A program made the translations under genes and the position numbers. Shown one piece after another: positions 20,829 to 30,122 of a stretch of 64,000 nt of DNA (positions are counted from its first letter, which is position 1; each line of letters starts with the position of its first letter). The notes under the pieces are model-generated. The model made no database searches and was not told the DNA's origin. It worked only from the letters and a program-made list of their open reading frames with translations. This stretch comes from Minisyncoccota bacterium (GTDB lineage: Bacteria > Patescibacteriota > Minisyncoccia > UBA6257 > XYB1-36-10): the NCBI GenBank assembly GCA_041651415.1, contig JBAZJH010000001.1, forward strand, positions 11,374 through 75,373, written 5' to 3'.

Positions 20829-21395
20829 TGACATTTTTGTAGAATGGGATTATAATTTACGGCGTAGAACATTGAAAGAAGTAAAAACGAATACCCTCTG
20901 GCTTTCAGCTAGAGGCAAAAAGTGAAAGGAGGATGGTTATGATTCGATGTGGTCCCCGGCGGAAGGAGACTTCCGCAAAGAAGAAAATTTGAATCTCGAT
21001 CGTCGCCGCCTAAGTGAGGTGCGAAGCCTCACTGGCAAAGAAAGGAGGGATTGTCATGAACAGGAAAATGACAAAATTTATCCCGCTTGAGGGATTCGGC
21101 TAGTTGCTGAGTCCTTCAAAAAATCATTTCGCCAGACTATTCTGGCGGTTATCCTGCTTCATCCGAAGCGCGCGCCTAGTTCGCCGAGATCTTTGGGTCT
21201 TGGGCTAGGTAGAATATGCGGCGGGCGACATCGGGTTGCCTGCCGACCGATCTTTTTTGAAGTTTTTTATCTCTTACCCCTTCCTCAAAAATCGTGGGAG
21301 ATATCTTCTTCTCCCAAACCGTCGGGGAGGAAAAGAGTTTACTCTTTTCCTCCCCAAATCGAAATCCCAACTAAAAAATGGGATTTTTTTATTTT
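20829..21395 (+). ncRNA. Putative ~530-nt structured RNA A (promoter to terminator)
   Basis: Consensus-like TTGACA..TATAAT promoter, gaacattgaaa boxA-like motif, at least 9 hairpins plus long-range stems, terminator aaatccca..tgggattttttt, no credible long ORF. Confidence 0.65.
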
Positions 21396-21422
21396 GATAA
21401 AAATATGAGAAAGAAAATGTTT

Positions 21423-21458
21423 TTGTCGATTATTGTCTGATCGGACAATAATCGACAA
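21423..21458. repeat. 36-bp near-perfect palindrome, copy 1
   Basis: ttgtcgattattgtctgatcggacaataatcgacaa; second copy at 48912. Confidence 0.8.
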
Positions 21459-21670
21459 AAAGGAAAATGGGAAAAAAGAAAAAAATTATAATAAAGTTAA
21501 TTATTAGATTTAATAAATCCCGCCATAGGCGGGGTGAAACTTTAAAATTATATGGCTATAAGGCCGTGGAGTTTCATTTTAAACAGAATTTAGAGAAATA
21601 TAAAAAAATGTGGCTCTTCGACAAGTTCAGAGACTAATTTTTTAAAATAAGACAAAGTGGAAAAATGGAG

Positions 21671-22167
21671 TTGACAGTTAAAAAGGAGAGGAGTATAAAG
21701 AAAAAACAGCACCTTGAATATCTTAATCTGACGCTGGTTTTTCTTTTTCTCTTCTAATCGCGATAGAAGCTGAAAAAGGAGAGCCGATTCTAAAAAAGGG
21801 AGGACACTGCGTATGATTGTTTGTATTCGTAGTATTCGTAGTTCGGTGTTTTCGTCGACGCGGTAAACCGACCATAATTGACCTTCTTTCTTTCGGTCTG
21901 CGAGATAGCTCGCAGAAGGAGAAAAATTATAATTATGCGGACAAGAAGCGGATGGCCTTAGCTTTTATAGTTGAAATAAAAAGAGGCCGTGGCTACAGGC
22001 CAGAGTAAAAAAACGAAGCCGAAGTGTCAGATGGAAAAGGAAAATTCCGTACGAGGAAGAAAAAGATAAAAAGAGGCAATGCAAAGCCTAAAAATTCAAA
22101 TAACTTTTTCTTCCCGAAAATAAAAACCATCACCCCCGAGCGCTTTTAGCGTTTGGGGGTTTTTAAT
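21671..22167 (+). ncRNA. Putative ~460-nt structured RNA B
   Basis: TTGACA-N17-TATAAA, gcaccttgaata boxA-like motif, closing stem atctgacgct/agtgtcagat, internal hairpins, terminator acccccgagcgc..gcgtttgggggttttt. Confidence 0.6.
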
Positions 22168-22230
22168 TTTGAAATTTAAGGATTTTATTCTATATTGAAA
22201 AGAAGAGGATATAAATAATTAGTGAGTAAG

Positions 22231-22338
22231 AGAATTTCCGGTAAATCTTCGAAAAAAGGGCTAATCGCCAAAATTTTCTCAGAATTACCGGAAATTCTTC
22301 TAACTTTTTAAAAGTGAGGGAGAGTGATAAGATTGTAA
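22231..22338. repeat. Dispersed hairpin element, copy 7 (abuts leuS start)
   Basis: agaatttccggtaaatcttcgaaaa..AGGGCTAATCGCCA..ttttctcagaattaccggaaattct; then gtgagggagaGTGATAAGATTGTAA. Confidence 0.85.
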
Positions 22339-22342
22339 AAAA

Positions 22343-25192
22343 ATGGAAAAATACGAGCATAAAAGAATAGAAGAAAAATGGCAGAAATATTGGGAGGAAC
22401 ATCCGGAGCTGTCGCGGGCGGAGGATTTTTCCGATAAGTCCGCCTCATCTAATGGGCGAGATAAACCGAAACAATATAACTTAGTGGAATTTCCATATCC
22501 AAGTGGAGCAGGGCTGCATGTGGGGCATGTCAGGAGTTATACGGCGCTTGATGTTATGAGCCGAAAAATGAGAATGGAAGGGAAAAATGTTTTATATCCG
22601 ATCGGCTGGGACGCCTTCGGACTGCCGACAGAAAATTATGCCATAAAAAATAAAATACATCCGAGAAAAGCGACGGAGCAGAATATCGCTGTTTTTAGAA
22701 GACAACTGAAGGCGCTCGGTATTTCTTTTGATTGGGGGAGAGAAATAGACACAACAGACCCGAATTATTATAAATGGACGCAGTGGATATTTTTAAAGCT
22801 GTTTGAAAAAGGGCTGGCGTATAAAAAGAAGATGGCGATAAATTGGTGTCCGTCTTGCAAGATTGGGCTCGCAAACGAAGAAGTGATAGACGGGAAGTGC
22901 GAGCGGTGCGGAACCTCGACAGAGAAAAAAGAAAAAGAGCAGTGGATGCTCGCGATAACAAAATATGCGGACAGATTGATAAGCGATTTAGAGATAGTGG
23001 ATTATTCGGAGAAAATTAAGACGCAACAAATAAATTGGATCGGGAGGAGCGAGGGAGCTTTAATAAAATTTAAGATTGTGGAAGGTGATTCAACGACCGA
23101 CTCAGAAAATAAAATAAAGGTGTTTACGACGAGGCCGGATACTTTGTTCGGATGCACTTATCTTGTTTTGTCGCCGGAACACGAATCAGTATTTGAGTTG
23201 AAGGAAAAAATTGAAAATTGGGAAGAGGTGGAAAAATATATTGAGGCGGCAAAAAATAAATCCGATTTAGAAAGGGGGGATTTGAATAAAGAAAAAACAG
23301 GAGTGGAATTAAAGGGAATAAAAGCGATAAATCCGGCAAATGAGAAAGAAGTGCCGATATTTGTGGCGGATTATGTTTTATCCGGATATGGAACGGGAGC
23401 GATTATGGCGGTGCCGGCGCATGACGAGAGAGATTATGAATTTGCGAAGAAATACAAGTTGCCGATTTGCCAGGTTATAAAGAAACTAAACACTGATATT
23501 AGAAGCTTTTTAATGGGAGCAGATGATATTAAAAATGAGGAATTAGAATCGCTAGGCATTACTTTTGAAGTTGATAAGGACAGTGATCGCAAGCTTATTA
23601 TTCCGGAGCCAAGCATAAAAGAATACGAAAAGTTGATAGGAGAAAAGATGGAAAATAATTTTTGGAATGAATATGTTGGCAGTGAAGCGGTATTTATTTT
23701 TAAACATGAAGATGGAAAAATTGAGCGAATTGTTCTTAATAATGAAACAGAAAATCGTATACATGAATTAACAGAGCGATTTGCCAAGACTAAGTTTGTT
23801 GATCCTTGGACTATGCTTATTGATAATGCTTGGTATAGAGAAGTTATGGTTCATTCGGATTACGGAATTTTAATGAATTCGGGAGAGTTTGATGGAATGA
23901 ATAGCGAGGAGGCGAAGTGGAAAATAACAGAAAAAGCGGGAGGAGAAAGAACGACGCAATATAAATTAAGAGATTGGGTTTTTTCAAGACAGCATTATTG
24001 GGGAGAGCCGATTCCGCTTGTGTTCTGCGAACACTGCGCGGAACAAGTTAAAAGTGAAAAGTTAAAAGTTGAAAGTAAGGGAGAGATAATGAATCCGGGG
24101 TGGATGGCGGTCGAGGAAAAAGAGTTGCCGGTGGAACTGCCGGAAGTGGAAAGCTATGAGCCGACAGACACAGGGGAATCTCCGCTTGCTTTAATGGAAG
24201 ATTGGGTGAAAACAACCTGTCCGAAATGCGGGGGAGAGGCAAAAAGAGAAACAGACACGATGCCGAATTGGGCGGGGTCAAGCTGGTATTATCTTGCGTA
24301 TGCGACGCGAGGAATTTCTAATGACGAATTTTTGATTCCTAAAAATAAGGAAGTTTTAAAATATTGGATGCCGGTTGATTTGTATAACGGAGGAATGGAA
24401 CATACGACGCTTCATCTTTTGTATTCCAGATTTTGGAATAAGTTTTTGTTTGATATCGGAGTCGTTCCTTTTTCCGAACCGTATAAAAAAAGGCGTTCGC
24501 ACGGAATAGTTTTAGCGGAAGACGGAAGGAAAATGAGCAAGTCGTTTGGCAATGTGATAAATCCGGACGAAATTGCGGAAAGGTTCGGGGCGGATTCTTT
24601 GCGTCTTTATGAAATGTTTATGGGCCCGTTTTCGGAAATGATTCCATGGAATACGGACGGACTGGTGGGGGTGAAAAAGTTTTTAGAAAGAGTTTTTGCG
24701 CTTTTAGAAAAGGTGGAGGAGGGAGTATTTAAGAATTTAGAAAAAATAACTCACCAAACAGTTAAAAAAGTAAGCGAAGATATAGAAATGATGAAATTCA
24801 ATACGGCGGTGGCGCAGATGATGATTTGGGCGAATGAGGCGACAAAAGCAAAGGAGATAGGAAAGGATAATTTGGAAATGTTTTTGAAGGTTTTGGCGCC
24901 GTTTGCGCCGCATATAGCGGAAGAAATTTGGGAGCGATTGGGAAATAAAGAAAGCATATTTAAAGAAAAATGGCCGGCGTATGACGAAGAAAAGACGAAG
25001 GATGAAAAAATAACTTTAGTGATTCAAGTGAACGGAAAAGTGAGAGATAAAATGGAAGCGGTGGCGGAGATAAATAAGGAAGAAGCAAAAGAAGCGGCTT
25101 TAGCTTCGGAAAAGATAAAAAAGATATTAGAAGGAAAGGAAATAAAGAAAATTATCTTTATAGAAGGAAAACTGATTAATATCGTTGTATAA
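22343..25192 (+). CDS. leuS: Leucine--tRNA ligase with inserted domain
   Basis: FPYPSG.GLHVGH, FTTRPDT, GTGAIMAVPAHDERD, KMSKS. Confidence 0.98.
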   Translation: MEKYEHKRIEEKWQKYWEEHPELSRAEDFSDKSASSNGRDKPKQYNLVEFPYPSGAGLHVGHVRSYTALDVMSRKMRMEGKNVLYPIGWDAFGLPTENYAIKNKIHPRKATEQNIAVFRRQLKALGISFDWGREIDTTDPNYYKWTQWIFLKLFEKGLAYKKKMAINWCPSCKIGLANEEVIDGKCERCGTSTEKKEKEQWMLAITKYADRLISDLEIVDYSEKIKTQQINWIGRSEGALIKFKIVEGDSTTDSENKIKVFTTRPDTLFGCTYLVLSPEHESVFELKEKIENWEEVEKYIEAAKNKSDLERGDLNKEKTGVELKGIKAINPANEKEVPIFVADYVLSGYGTGAIMAVPAHDERDYEFAKKYKLPICQVIKKLNTDIRSFLMGADDIKNEELESLGITFEVDKDSDRKLIIPEPSIKEYEKLIGEKMENNFWNEYVGSEAVFIFKHEDGKIERIVLNNETENRIHELTERFAKTKFVDPWTMLIDNAWYREVMVHSDYGILMNSGEFDGMNSEEAKWKITEKAGGERTTQYKLRDWVFSRQHYWGEPIPLVFCEHCAEQVKSEKLKVESKGEIMNPGWMAVEEKELPVELPEVESYEPTDTGESPLALMEDWVKTTCPKCGGEAKRETDTMPNWAGSSWYYLAYATRGISNDEFLIPKNKEVLKYWMPVDLYNGGMEHTTLHLLYSRFWNKFLFDIGVVPFSEPYKKRRSHGIVLAEDGRKMSKSFGNVINPDEIAERFGADSLRLYEMFMGPFSEMIPWNTDGLVGVKKFLERVFALLEKVEEGVFKNLEKITHQTVKKVSEDIEMMKFNTAVAQMMIWANEATKAKEIGKDNLEMFLKVLAPFAPHIAEEIWERLGNKESIFKEKWPAYDEEKTKDEKITLVIQVNGKVRDKMEAVAEINKEEAKEAALASEKIKKILEGKEIKKIIFIEGKLINIVV

Positions 25193-25205
25193 TTAAAATA
25201 ATATT

Positions 25206-26141
25206 ATGGAAAGTTTAAGAGCGGTGAAGATAGCTCTTGCGATACTTGCGATTGTAACGATCGGGGCTTTTATTTATGGCTTCAGAAGCCAGATTGCCGG
25301 ATATTTAAAGATGGAAACATTCGGCAATTTATTTTTCTTTTCTTTGGAAGATTTGAAGGTGAATAATTCAGTTCAGCCGAGCGAAGAACCGGTTTCTGCC
25401 AGTCCGACGGAAACAACAGAAGAAAATAAGACGGAGAAAAAAGTTTATACAAATTTGCCGGAAGGATTTACCAGCGAGGATGTTTCAGAATATTATGAGA
25501 GAGCAAGCATTTCAGCTTCGCCTATTTCAGAAACCAGCGACCCGCTTAAAAATCCGAGCACGATAAGGGTGAGTGTGAATCCGCAAAACGGGGAAAAGAT
25601 AAATGTGACAGGATGGAAAATACAAGGAAATAAAGGCGCTCTTTTCATACCGAGGGGAACGGATTATTTTGTGCCGACTTCCGGGGGAACGGAAAGCGAT
25701 ATTATTATTTCCAAAGCTACCACTATAAGCATTTATTCTTCGCTTAGCCCGATTAAAGTAAATTTCAGAACGAACAGATGTATTGGATATGTAAGCGATA
25801 TGTATAGTTTTAAGCCAAGTTTAGGGGGAAGCTGTTATTCAATTCCAAGCAAAGATTTCAATTATCTTTCAGGCGTGTGTCAGGATTTTGTTAATTTGGC
25901 TAATGGAAGATGCAGAAATCCATATAGCGACAAACCGGAGGCAAATTATTTAAGCGATGATTGCAAGGCAGTTTTAAACAGAATGAATTATACTTCTTGC
26001 TATAACGAACATCGGGAAGACAGTGATTTTCTTTTGAGCGAATTTAAAATATGGACAGGAATGAATATTTTGGATTCAAGACACGACCGATTGCTTCTTT
26101 ACGATAAAAACAATAAATTAGTGGACGAATATTTGTATTAA
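25206..26141 (+). CDS. Membrane-anchored extracellular protein, Cys-rich C-terminus
   Basis: N-terminal TM, 'INVTGWKI', several Cys; ends 'LYDKNNKLVDEYLY' (lamin-tail-like strand). Confidence 0.65.
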   Translation: MESLRAVKIALAILAIVTIGAFIYGFRSQIAGYLKMETFGNLFFFSLEDLKVNNSVQPSEEPVSASPTETTEENKTEKKVYTNLPEGFTSEDVSEYYERASISASPISETSDPLKNPSTIRVSVNPQNGEKINVTGWKIQGNKGALFIPRGTDYFVPTSGGTESDIIISKATTISIYSSLSPIKVNFRTNRCIGYVSDMYSFKPSLGGSCYSIPSKDFNYLSGVCQDFVNLANGRCRNPYSDKPEANYLSDDCKAVLNRMNYTSCYNEHREDSDFLLSEFKIWTGMNILDSRHDRLLLYDKNNKLVDEYLY

Positions 26142-26177
26142 AAAACCTCCGCCAGAAAGCGGAGGTTTTTTAAGCGA

Positions 26178-27251
26178 TCACATTTTCCTTTCTTGGAGGA
26201 TAAGAGGAACTTCAAATTCTTTTCTTTCTCTTAAAACTTTAAGAAAGATTTTTTCGCCGACAGCGGAACTTTCCAGAAAATCCTGGATATTTTTATTTTT
26301 GGTGATTTTTTCTCCATTGTATTCGAGAATAATATCTTTTTCGCGGAGGCGGGCTTTTTCGGCGGGGCTGCCAGGAATTATGCCCGGGGTGCGCGCATCT
26401 TCTTCAATAATTAAAGAACCGTAATCGACGGGAAGGCATAGCTTGTCTTTTACTTTTTCATCGATAGACATATAGCGGATACCAAGGAGCGGGCGCCTGA
26501 TTTCGCCGAATTTTTTGAGGTCGGCGAGGTCTCTTTTGATAGTGTTAATAGGAATGGCAAAGCCGATATTTTCAGCGCCGGAAACGACAGCAGTATTAAT
26601 GCCGACAGCGTTGCCTTCCAAATCAATAAGCGGTCCGCCGGAGTTTCCCGGATTAATGGCGGCGTCGGTTTGAATAAGTCCGCGCATTTCCTGAAGAGGG
26701 GATTCGGGATTGATTTGAGCTTTTATAGAACGAGAAAGTCCGGAGATAATGCCGGAAGAAACAGTATTGCGAAAAAGTCCAAGAGAATTGCCGATAGCGA
26801 GAATCGGTTCACCAAGTTCGATTTTGGAGGAGTCGCCGAGTTTAAGCGAGGGAAGACGACGAATAATACCTTTAGTTTCCGGAGTGATTTTGAGACGGAG
26901 AACAGCGACATCGCTTGAAGGGTCGCAGGCGATGACTTCGGAACCGAATTTTTGGTCTCCGCTTGTGATAATCGTGTATTCGGATTTCGGGTCAGAAATG
27001 ACATGGCGATTAGTAATAACGATTCCGCCTTCATTAACGACAAAGCCGGAACCGCCGCCCACTTCTACCATACCGTGGGAATCAGCTAAGCTTCTTAAAA
27101 TTTCTCTTTGTTTTTTTATTTTAGAAGAGAGAAAGGGAAAATATTCTTGCGGGATTTCTTTTTCTATTTCCGAAAGGTGCTTGGAGGCAATAATGGAAAC
27201 AACCGCCGGCATAGTTTTTTTAATTATTTCCGGAATTGATTTTGAGGGCAT
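26178..27251 (-). CDS. HtrA/DegP-family serine protease with PDZ domain
   Basis: GSGF, TNRHV, IQTDAAINPGNSGGPL, GSPAEKA. Confidence 0.95.
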   Translation of the reverse strand: MPSKSIPEIIKKTMPAVVSIIASKHLSEIEKEIPQEYFPFLSSKIKKQREILRSLADSHGMVEVGGGSGFVVNEGGIVITNRHVISDPKSEYTIITSGDQKFGSEVIACDPSSDVAVLRLKITPETKGIIRRLPSLKLGDSSKIELGEPILAIGNSLGLFRNTVSSGIISGLSRSIKAQINPESPLQEMRGLIQTDAAINPGNSGGPLIDLEGNAVGINTAVVSGAENIGFAIPINTIKRDLADLKKFGEIRRPLLGIRYMSIDEKVKDKLCLPVDYGSLIIEEDARTPGIIPGSPAEKARLREKDIILEYNGEKITKNKNIQDFLESSAVGEKIFLKVLRERKEFEVPLILQERKM

Positions 27252-27254
27252 AAT

Positions 27255-27911
27255 TTATTTAATTGTGTCTATTTTGGTAATGGTTTTTGTTTTTAAATTT
27301 TCTTCCAGCCTTTTCACGCTTTCGGCAAAAATTTTCTTTTCTTTAAAGAGAAAAAGAAGAACACAGGAGCCGATGATGCCTAAAATGGAAATAAGAAGAA
27401 AGAGAACATTAAAACCGTAGACCTTAGCAATAAAAGCGCCAAAGGCGGCGCTGCCAGCTGTGGCGATACCGACTGAAACATCTTCAACAGACCATTCGTA
27501 GCCGATAAGGCGGCGGTCAATGTGGTTGGTAAAAAGAATTCGCCAAGCGGGAATAGCCATAGAATGAGCAAAACCGCTTAGAATTTGAAGAGCATAGACA
27601 TGCCAAGGGAGAGTGGCAAAAATAAAAAGGGCGGGAATGACAGACATAAAAACAGAACCAACAAACATAAAGTAAAATTCATCTTCTTCGCCGCGCATTT
27701 TATCCATCATGCGGCTTAAAGGGACAACCGAGAGAATTCTTGAAAGCCAATAAAAGGTGGTGGCGAGTCCGATGACTTCCAAATCGCTACCTGAAATATT
27801 ATCGAGAATAAAAACGGCAAAAATCGGAGCAGAAAGACCAAGGGCAAAAAAAATGAAGAAGTCGGAAGTAATCAGAATCTTGATGATGAAATTTATTTTA
27901 TCCTTAAACAT
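27255..27911 (-). CDS. Half-size (~6 TM) MFS-like transporter
   Basis: Likely start MFKDKINF; MFS-like TM pattern; only ~218 aa. Confidence 0.75.
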   Translation of the reverse strand: MFKDKINFIIKILITSDFFIFFALGLSAPIFAVFILDNISGSDLEVIGLATTFYWLSRILSVVPLSRMMDKMRGEEDEFYFMFVGSVFMSVIPALFIFATLPWHVYALQILSGFAHSMAIPAWRILFTNHIDRRLIGYEWSVEDVSVGIATAGSAAFGAFIAKVYGFNVLFLLISILGIIGSCVLLFLFKEKKIFAESVKRLEENLKTKTITKIDTIK

Positions 27912-28091
27912 TTCAAAAATTACCTTAAAGTAATAATAACATTTTATTTTCTCTCGGGCTAATTTTTTAAGATCAATTTTCTTATGTATAAAGATATTAT
28001 AGCAATTTAGGATGGGTTTGAGAAAAAAAGTTAAATAATAAAGCTCTGATGTAGAGTCGGAGCAATGATTTTTCGACATGCTTCGCATGGG

Positions 28092-28203
28092 AAAAATCTA
28101 TTGCGGAGGCGGGAGGATTCGGTCACGGATATTTTTCTGCTGAAAAATTCCGCGACCCCGTCTCGGCGCCGTCGCGCCTGCGACTTTCTCATCTTCCTGC
28201 CTC
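28092..28203 (-). repeat. tRNA-associated element carrying a duplicate of the tRNA-Ser 3' end
   Basis: aaaaatctattgcggaggcgggaggattcg occurs at 28092 and again at ~28215. Confidence 0.75.
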
Positions 28204-28226
28204 AAAATTAATGAAAAAATCTATTG

Positions 28227-28313
28227 CGGAGGCGGGAGGATTCGAACCTCCGAAACCCTTGCGGATTTACTGCATTTCGAGTGCAGCCCATTCGACCACT
28301 CTGGCACGCCTCC
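28227..28313 (-). tRNA. tRNA-Ser(CGA)
   Basis: ggaggcgtgccagagtggtcgaatgggctgcactCGAaatgcag..ggttcgaatcctcccgcctccg. Confidence 0.95.
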
Positions 28314-28374
28314 TTTAATTAATAATCTATAATAGAAAAAAATAATAAACAAGCAAAAAGGCCGATAAATCGGC

Positions 28375-28827
28375 CTAAGGCAAGAGAACGTTTTTTATAA
28401 TTTCTACCGCTTCTTTGATGTCCTCAGCTATAAAACCTGAAAGTTCATTAATGAAAGGGTGCTCATAAATTCCATCTTTTTTCATTAAAGTAATAATAGG
28501 TTTTCTAAAAGCATCGGCCCAGCCATATTCTACCATTGTTCCGATTGATACTTCTTTTGATAGAAGAAGATTGGCTAAAAAAAGATCGCATCTTGAAACG
28601 TCAAAACGATCTCTTGTAACGATGCCTTTTTTAGAACATAAAGGGTTTTCTTCTTTCTATACGAAAATTCTTTCTTCATTTTTCAGATGGTCTTTTCCTC
28701 TCATCGGAGAAAGTATTTCTATGTTAGGAGGAAGCATTTCCTTTAAATTATTTCTCCAATCAACAGTCTCGTTGTATGACAACCCTGTGATTGGTCCGGC
28801 GCAATAGACAAAAAACGATTGGTTCAT
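28375..28827 (-). pseudogene. Nucleoside 2-deoxyribosyltransferase-like gene with in-frame TAG at codon 57
   Basis: VYCAGPITG..SPMRGK..*..RDRFDVSRCD..SIGTMVEYGWA..KPII; TAG at 28657-28659. Confidence 0.8.
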
Positions 28828-28914
28828 ATCAATTCCCTTTCTTTTCTTTTTCTTTATATGTAAAGCTTGCTGGCTTTTTTATAGCTTATATTTAAAATAA
28901 ATGCAAAGTAATAG

Positions 28915-28986
28915 TACCCCTGGAAGGAATTGAACCCTCATCTACCCCTTAGGACGGGGCTGTTCTATCCATTGAACTACAGGGGC
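28915..28986 (-). tRNA. tRNA-Arg(CCT)
   Basis: gcccctgtagttcaatggatagaacagccccgtCCTaaggggt..ggttcaattcc. Confidence 0.9.
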
Positions 28987-29109
28987 AAGTAAAATTGCAG
29001 CTCCGACGTATAGTCGGAGCAATGATTTTTCGATATGCTTTGCATGGGAAAAATCTATTGCTGTTTTAAGCAGTTTATTATATTATGGATTAAGTTTCAA
29101 TAATAAATT

Positions 29110-29183
29110 GGGCCTGTAGCTCAGCTGGCTAGAGCGCTTGTATGGCATACAAGAGGTCAGGGGTTCAACTCCCCTCAGGTCCA
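29110..29183 (+). tRNA. tRNA-Ala(GGC)
   Basis: gggcctgtagctcagctgg..cttgtatGGCatacaag; G3:U70 acceptor pair. Confidence 0.95.
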
Positions 29184-29209
29184 CTTATGAAAATCAATAA
29201 AATTTATTT

Positions 29210-29521
29210 ATGAAAAAACCAGAATATATTTTAAAAAGTTTTTTGAACGCTTTTGGAGTGCTTGTTTATGTTTCTCTTGTGTCTTGGACGCTTTTTAACG
29301 GAGAAAGCTTTTTTGGAAATGAAAAAAGTTTTCTCATCCCTATTTTTATGCTGCTTCTTTTTGTGGTATCGGCATCTATCACGGGATTACTGGTTTTAGG
29401 CAAACCGATTCATCTTTATTTGAGCGGACTTAAAAAAGAAGCATTTTGTTTTCTTTTTGCCACTTTGGCGTGGCTTGTTCTTTTCGTTATTATTCTTGTA
29501 ACTCTATTAGTAATATTATGA
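29210..29521 (+). CDS. Small 3-TM membrane protein
   Basis: Hydrophobic ORF; 'LLLFVVSASITG.LVLGKP'. Confidence 0.75.
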   Translation: MKKPEYILKSFLNAFGVLVYVSLVSWTLFNGESFFGNEKSFLIPIFMLLLFVVSASITGLLVLGKPIHLYLSGLKKEAFCFLFATLAWLVLFVIILVTLLVIL

Positions 29522-29883
29522 TTTCTTTTGAAGAATTTAAAAAAGTAGAATTAAAAATCGGGAAGATTTTGACGGCGGAAAAAGTGGAGGGTTCGGAAAA
29601 ACTTTTGAAACTTTCCGTTGATTTTGGTCTCGCCTTCACTGAGACTTCGGCGAGGCAAGGAGGAGATATCCGGCAAGTAGTTTCGGGCATTGCCAAAAGT
29701 TATGAACCGGAAAAACTTGTCGGCAAGGAGTTTCTTTTTACGACTAATTTGGAGCCGAGAAACATTATGGGACTTGAAAGCCAGGCAATGATTCTTGCGA
29801 CAATAAAGAAAGGAAGAAATAAAGAAGAAGTTGTTTTGATGAAGCCGGTCAAGAAAGTGAAACCGGGAAGTTCTCTTTCTTAA
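29518..29883 (+). CDS. Stand-alone tRNA-binding OB-fold protein (Trbp111 / MetG C-terminal-like)
   Basis: ISFEEFKKVELKIGKI, SEKLLKL, RQVVSGI, NLEPR..GLESQAMIL. Confidence 0.9.
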   Translation: MISFEEFKKVELKIGKILTAEKVEGSEKLLKLSVDFGLAFTETSARQGGDIRQVVSGIAKSYEPEKLVGKEFLFTTNLEPRNIMGLESQAMILATIKKGRNKEEVVLMKPVKKVKPGSSLS

Positions 29884-29983
29884 ACCTATTCTCAAATTCC
29901 TGCCTACCGGCAGGCAGGCTTGAGAATTTGAGAATAGATTGGTTGAAGAAGGGGTTTTTTTGTGGTTTAATACCCTTGTTTTC

Positions 29984-30070
29984 GGAGGCGTGCGCGAGCG
30001 GTTGAAACGGACGGTCTTGAAAACCGTTATGTCGGAAACGGCATCGGAGGTTCGAATCCTCCCGCCTCCG
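29984..30070 (+). tRNA. tRNA-Ser(TGA)
   Basis: acggtctTGAaaaccgt anticodon arm, long variable arm. Confidence 0.95.
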
Positions 30071-30122
30071 CAGTTAGTCTTGGTATCGGTATATGTCGAG
30101 ACTCATTTAGACTTGTAACACC

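Noticed and set aside
21176-22008. Track ORFs 21176-21370, 21193-21408 and 21817-22008 as real proteins
   Set aside because: Weak TTG-type or antisense starts without matching signals, lying across hairpin-dense sequence
20829-22167. tmRNA or RNase P RNA
   Set aside because: No GGGG..TCCACCA tRNA-like ends and no GAGGAAAGTCC / ACAGAA..GGCTTA RNase P signatures
14080-22338. T-box riboswitches, since hairpin elements sit near glyQS, metG and leuS
   Set aside because: No T-box (GGTGGNACCGCG-like) antiterminator or specifier loop; copies also lie downstream of genes and away from synthetases
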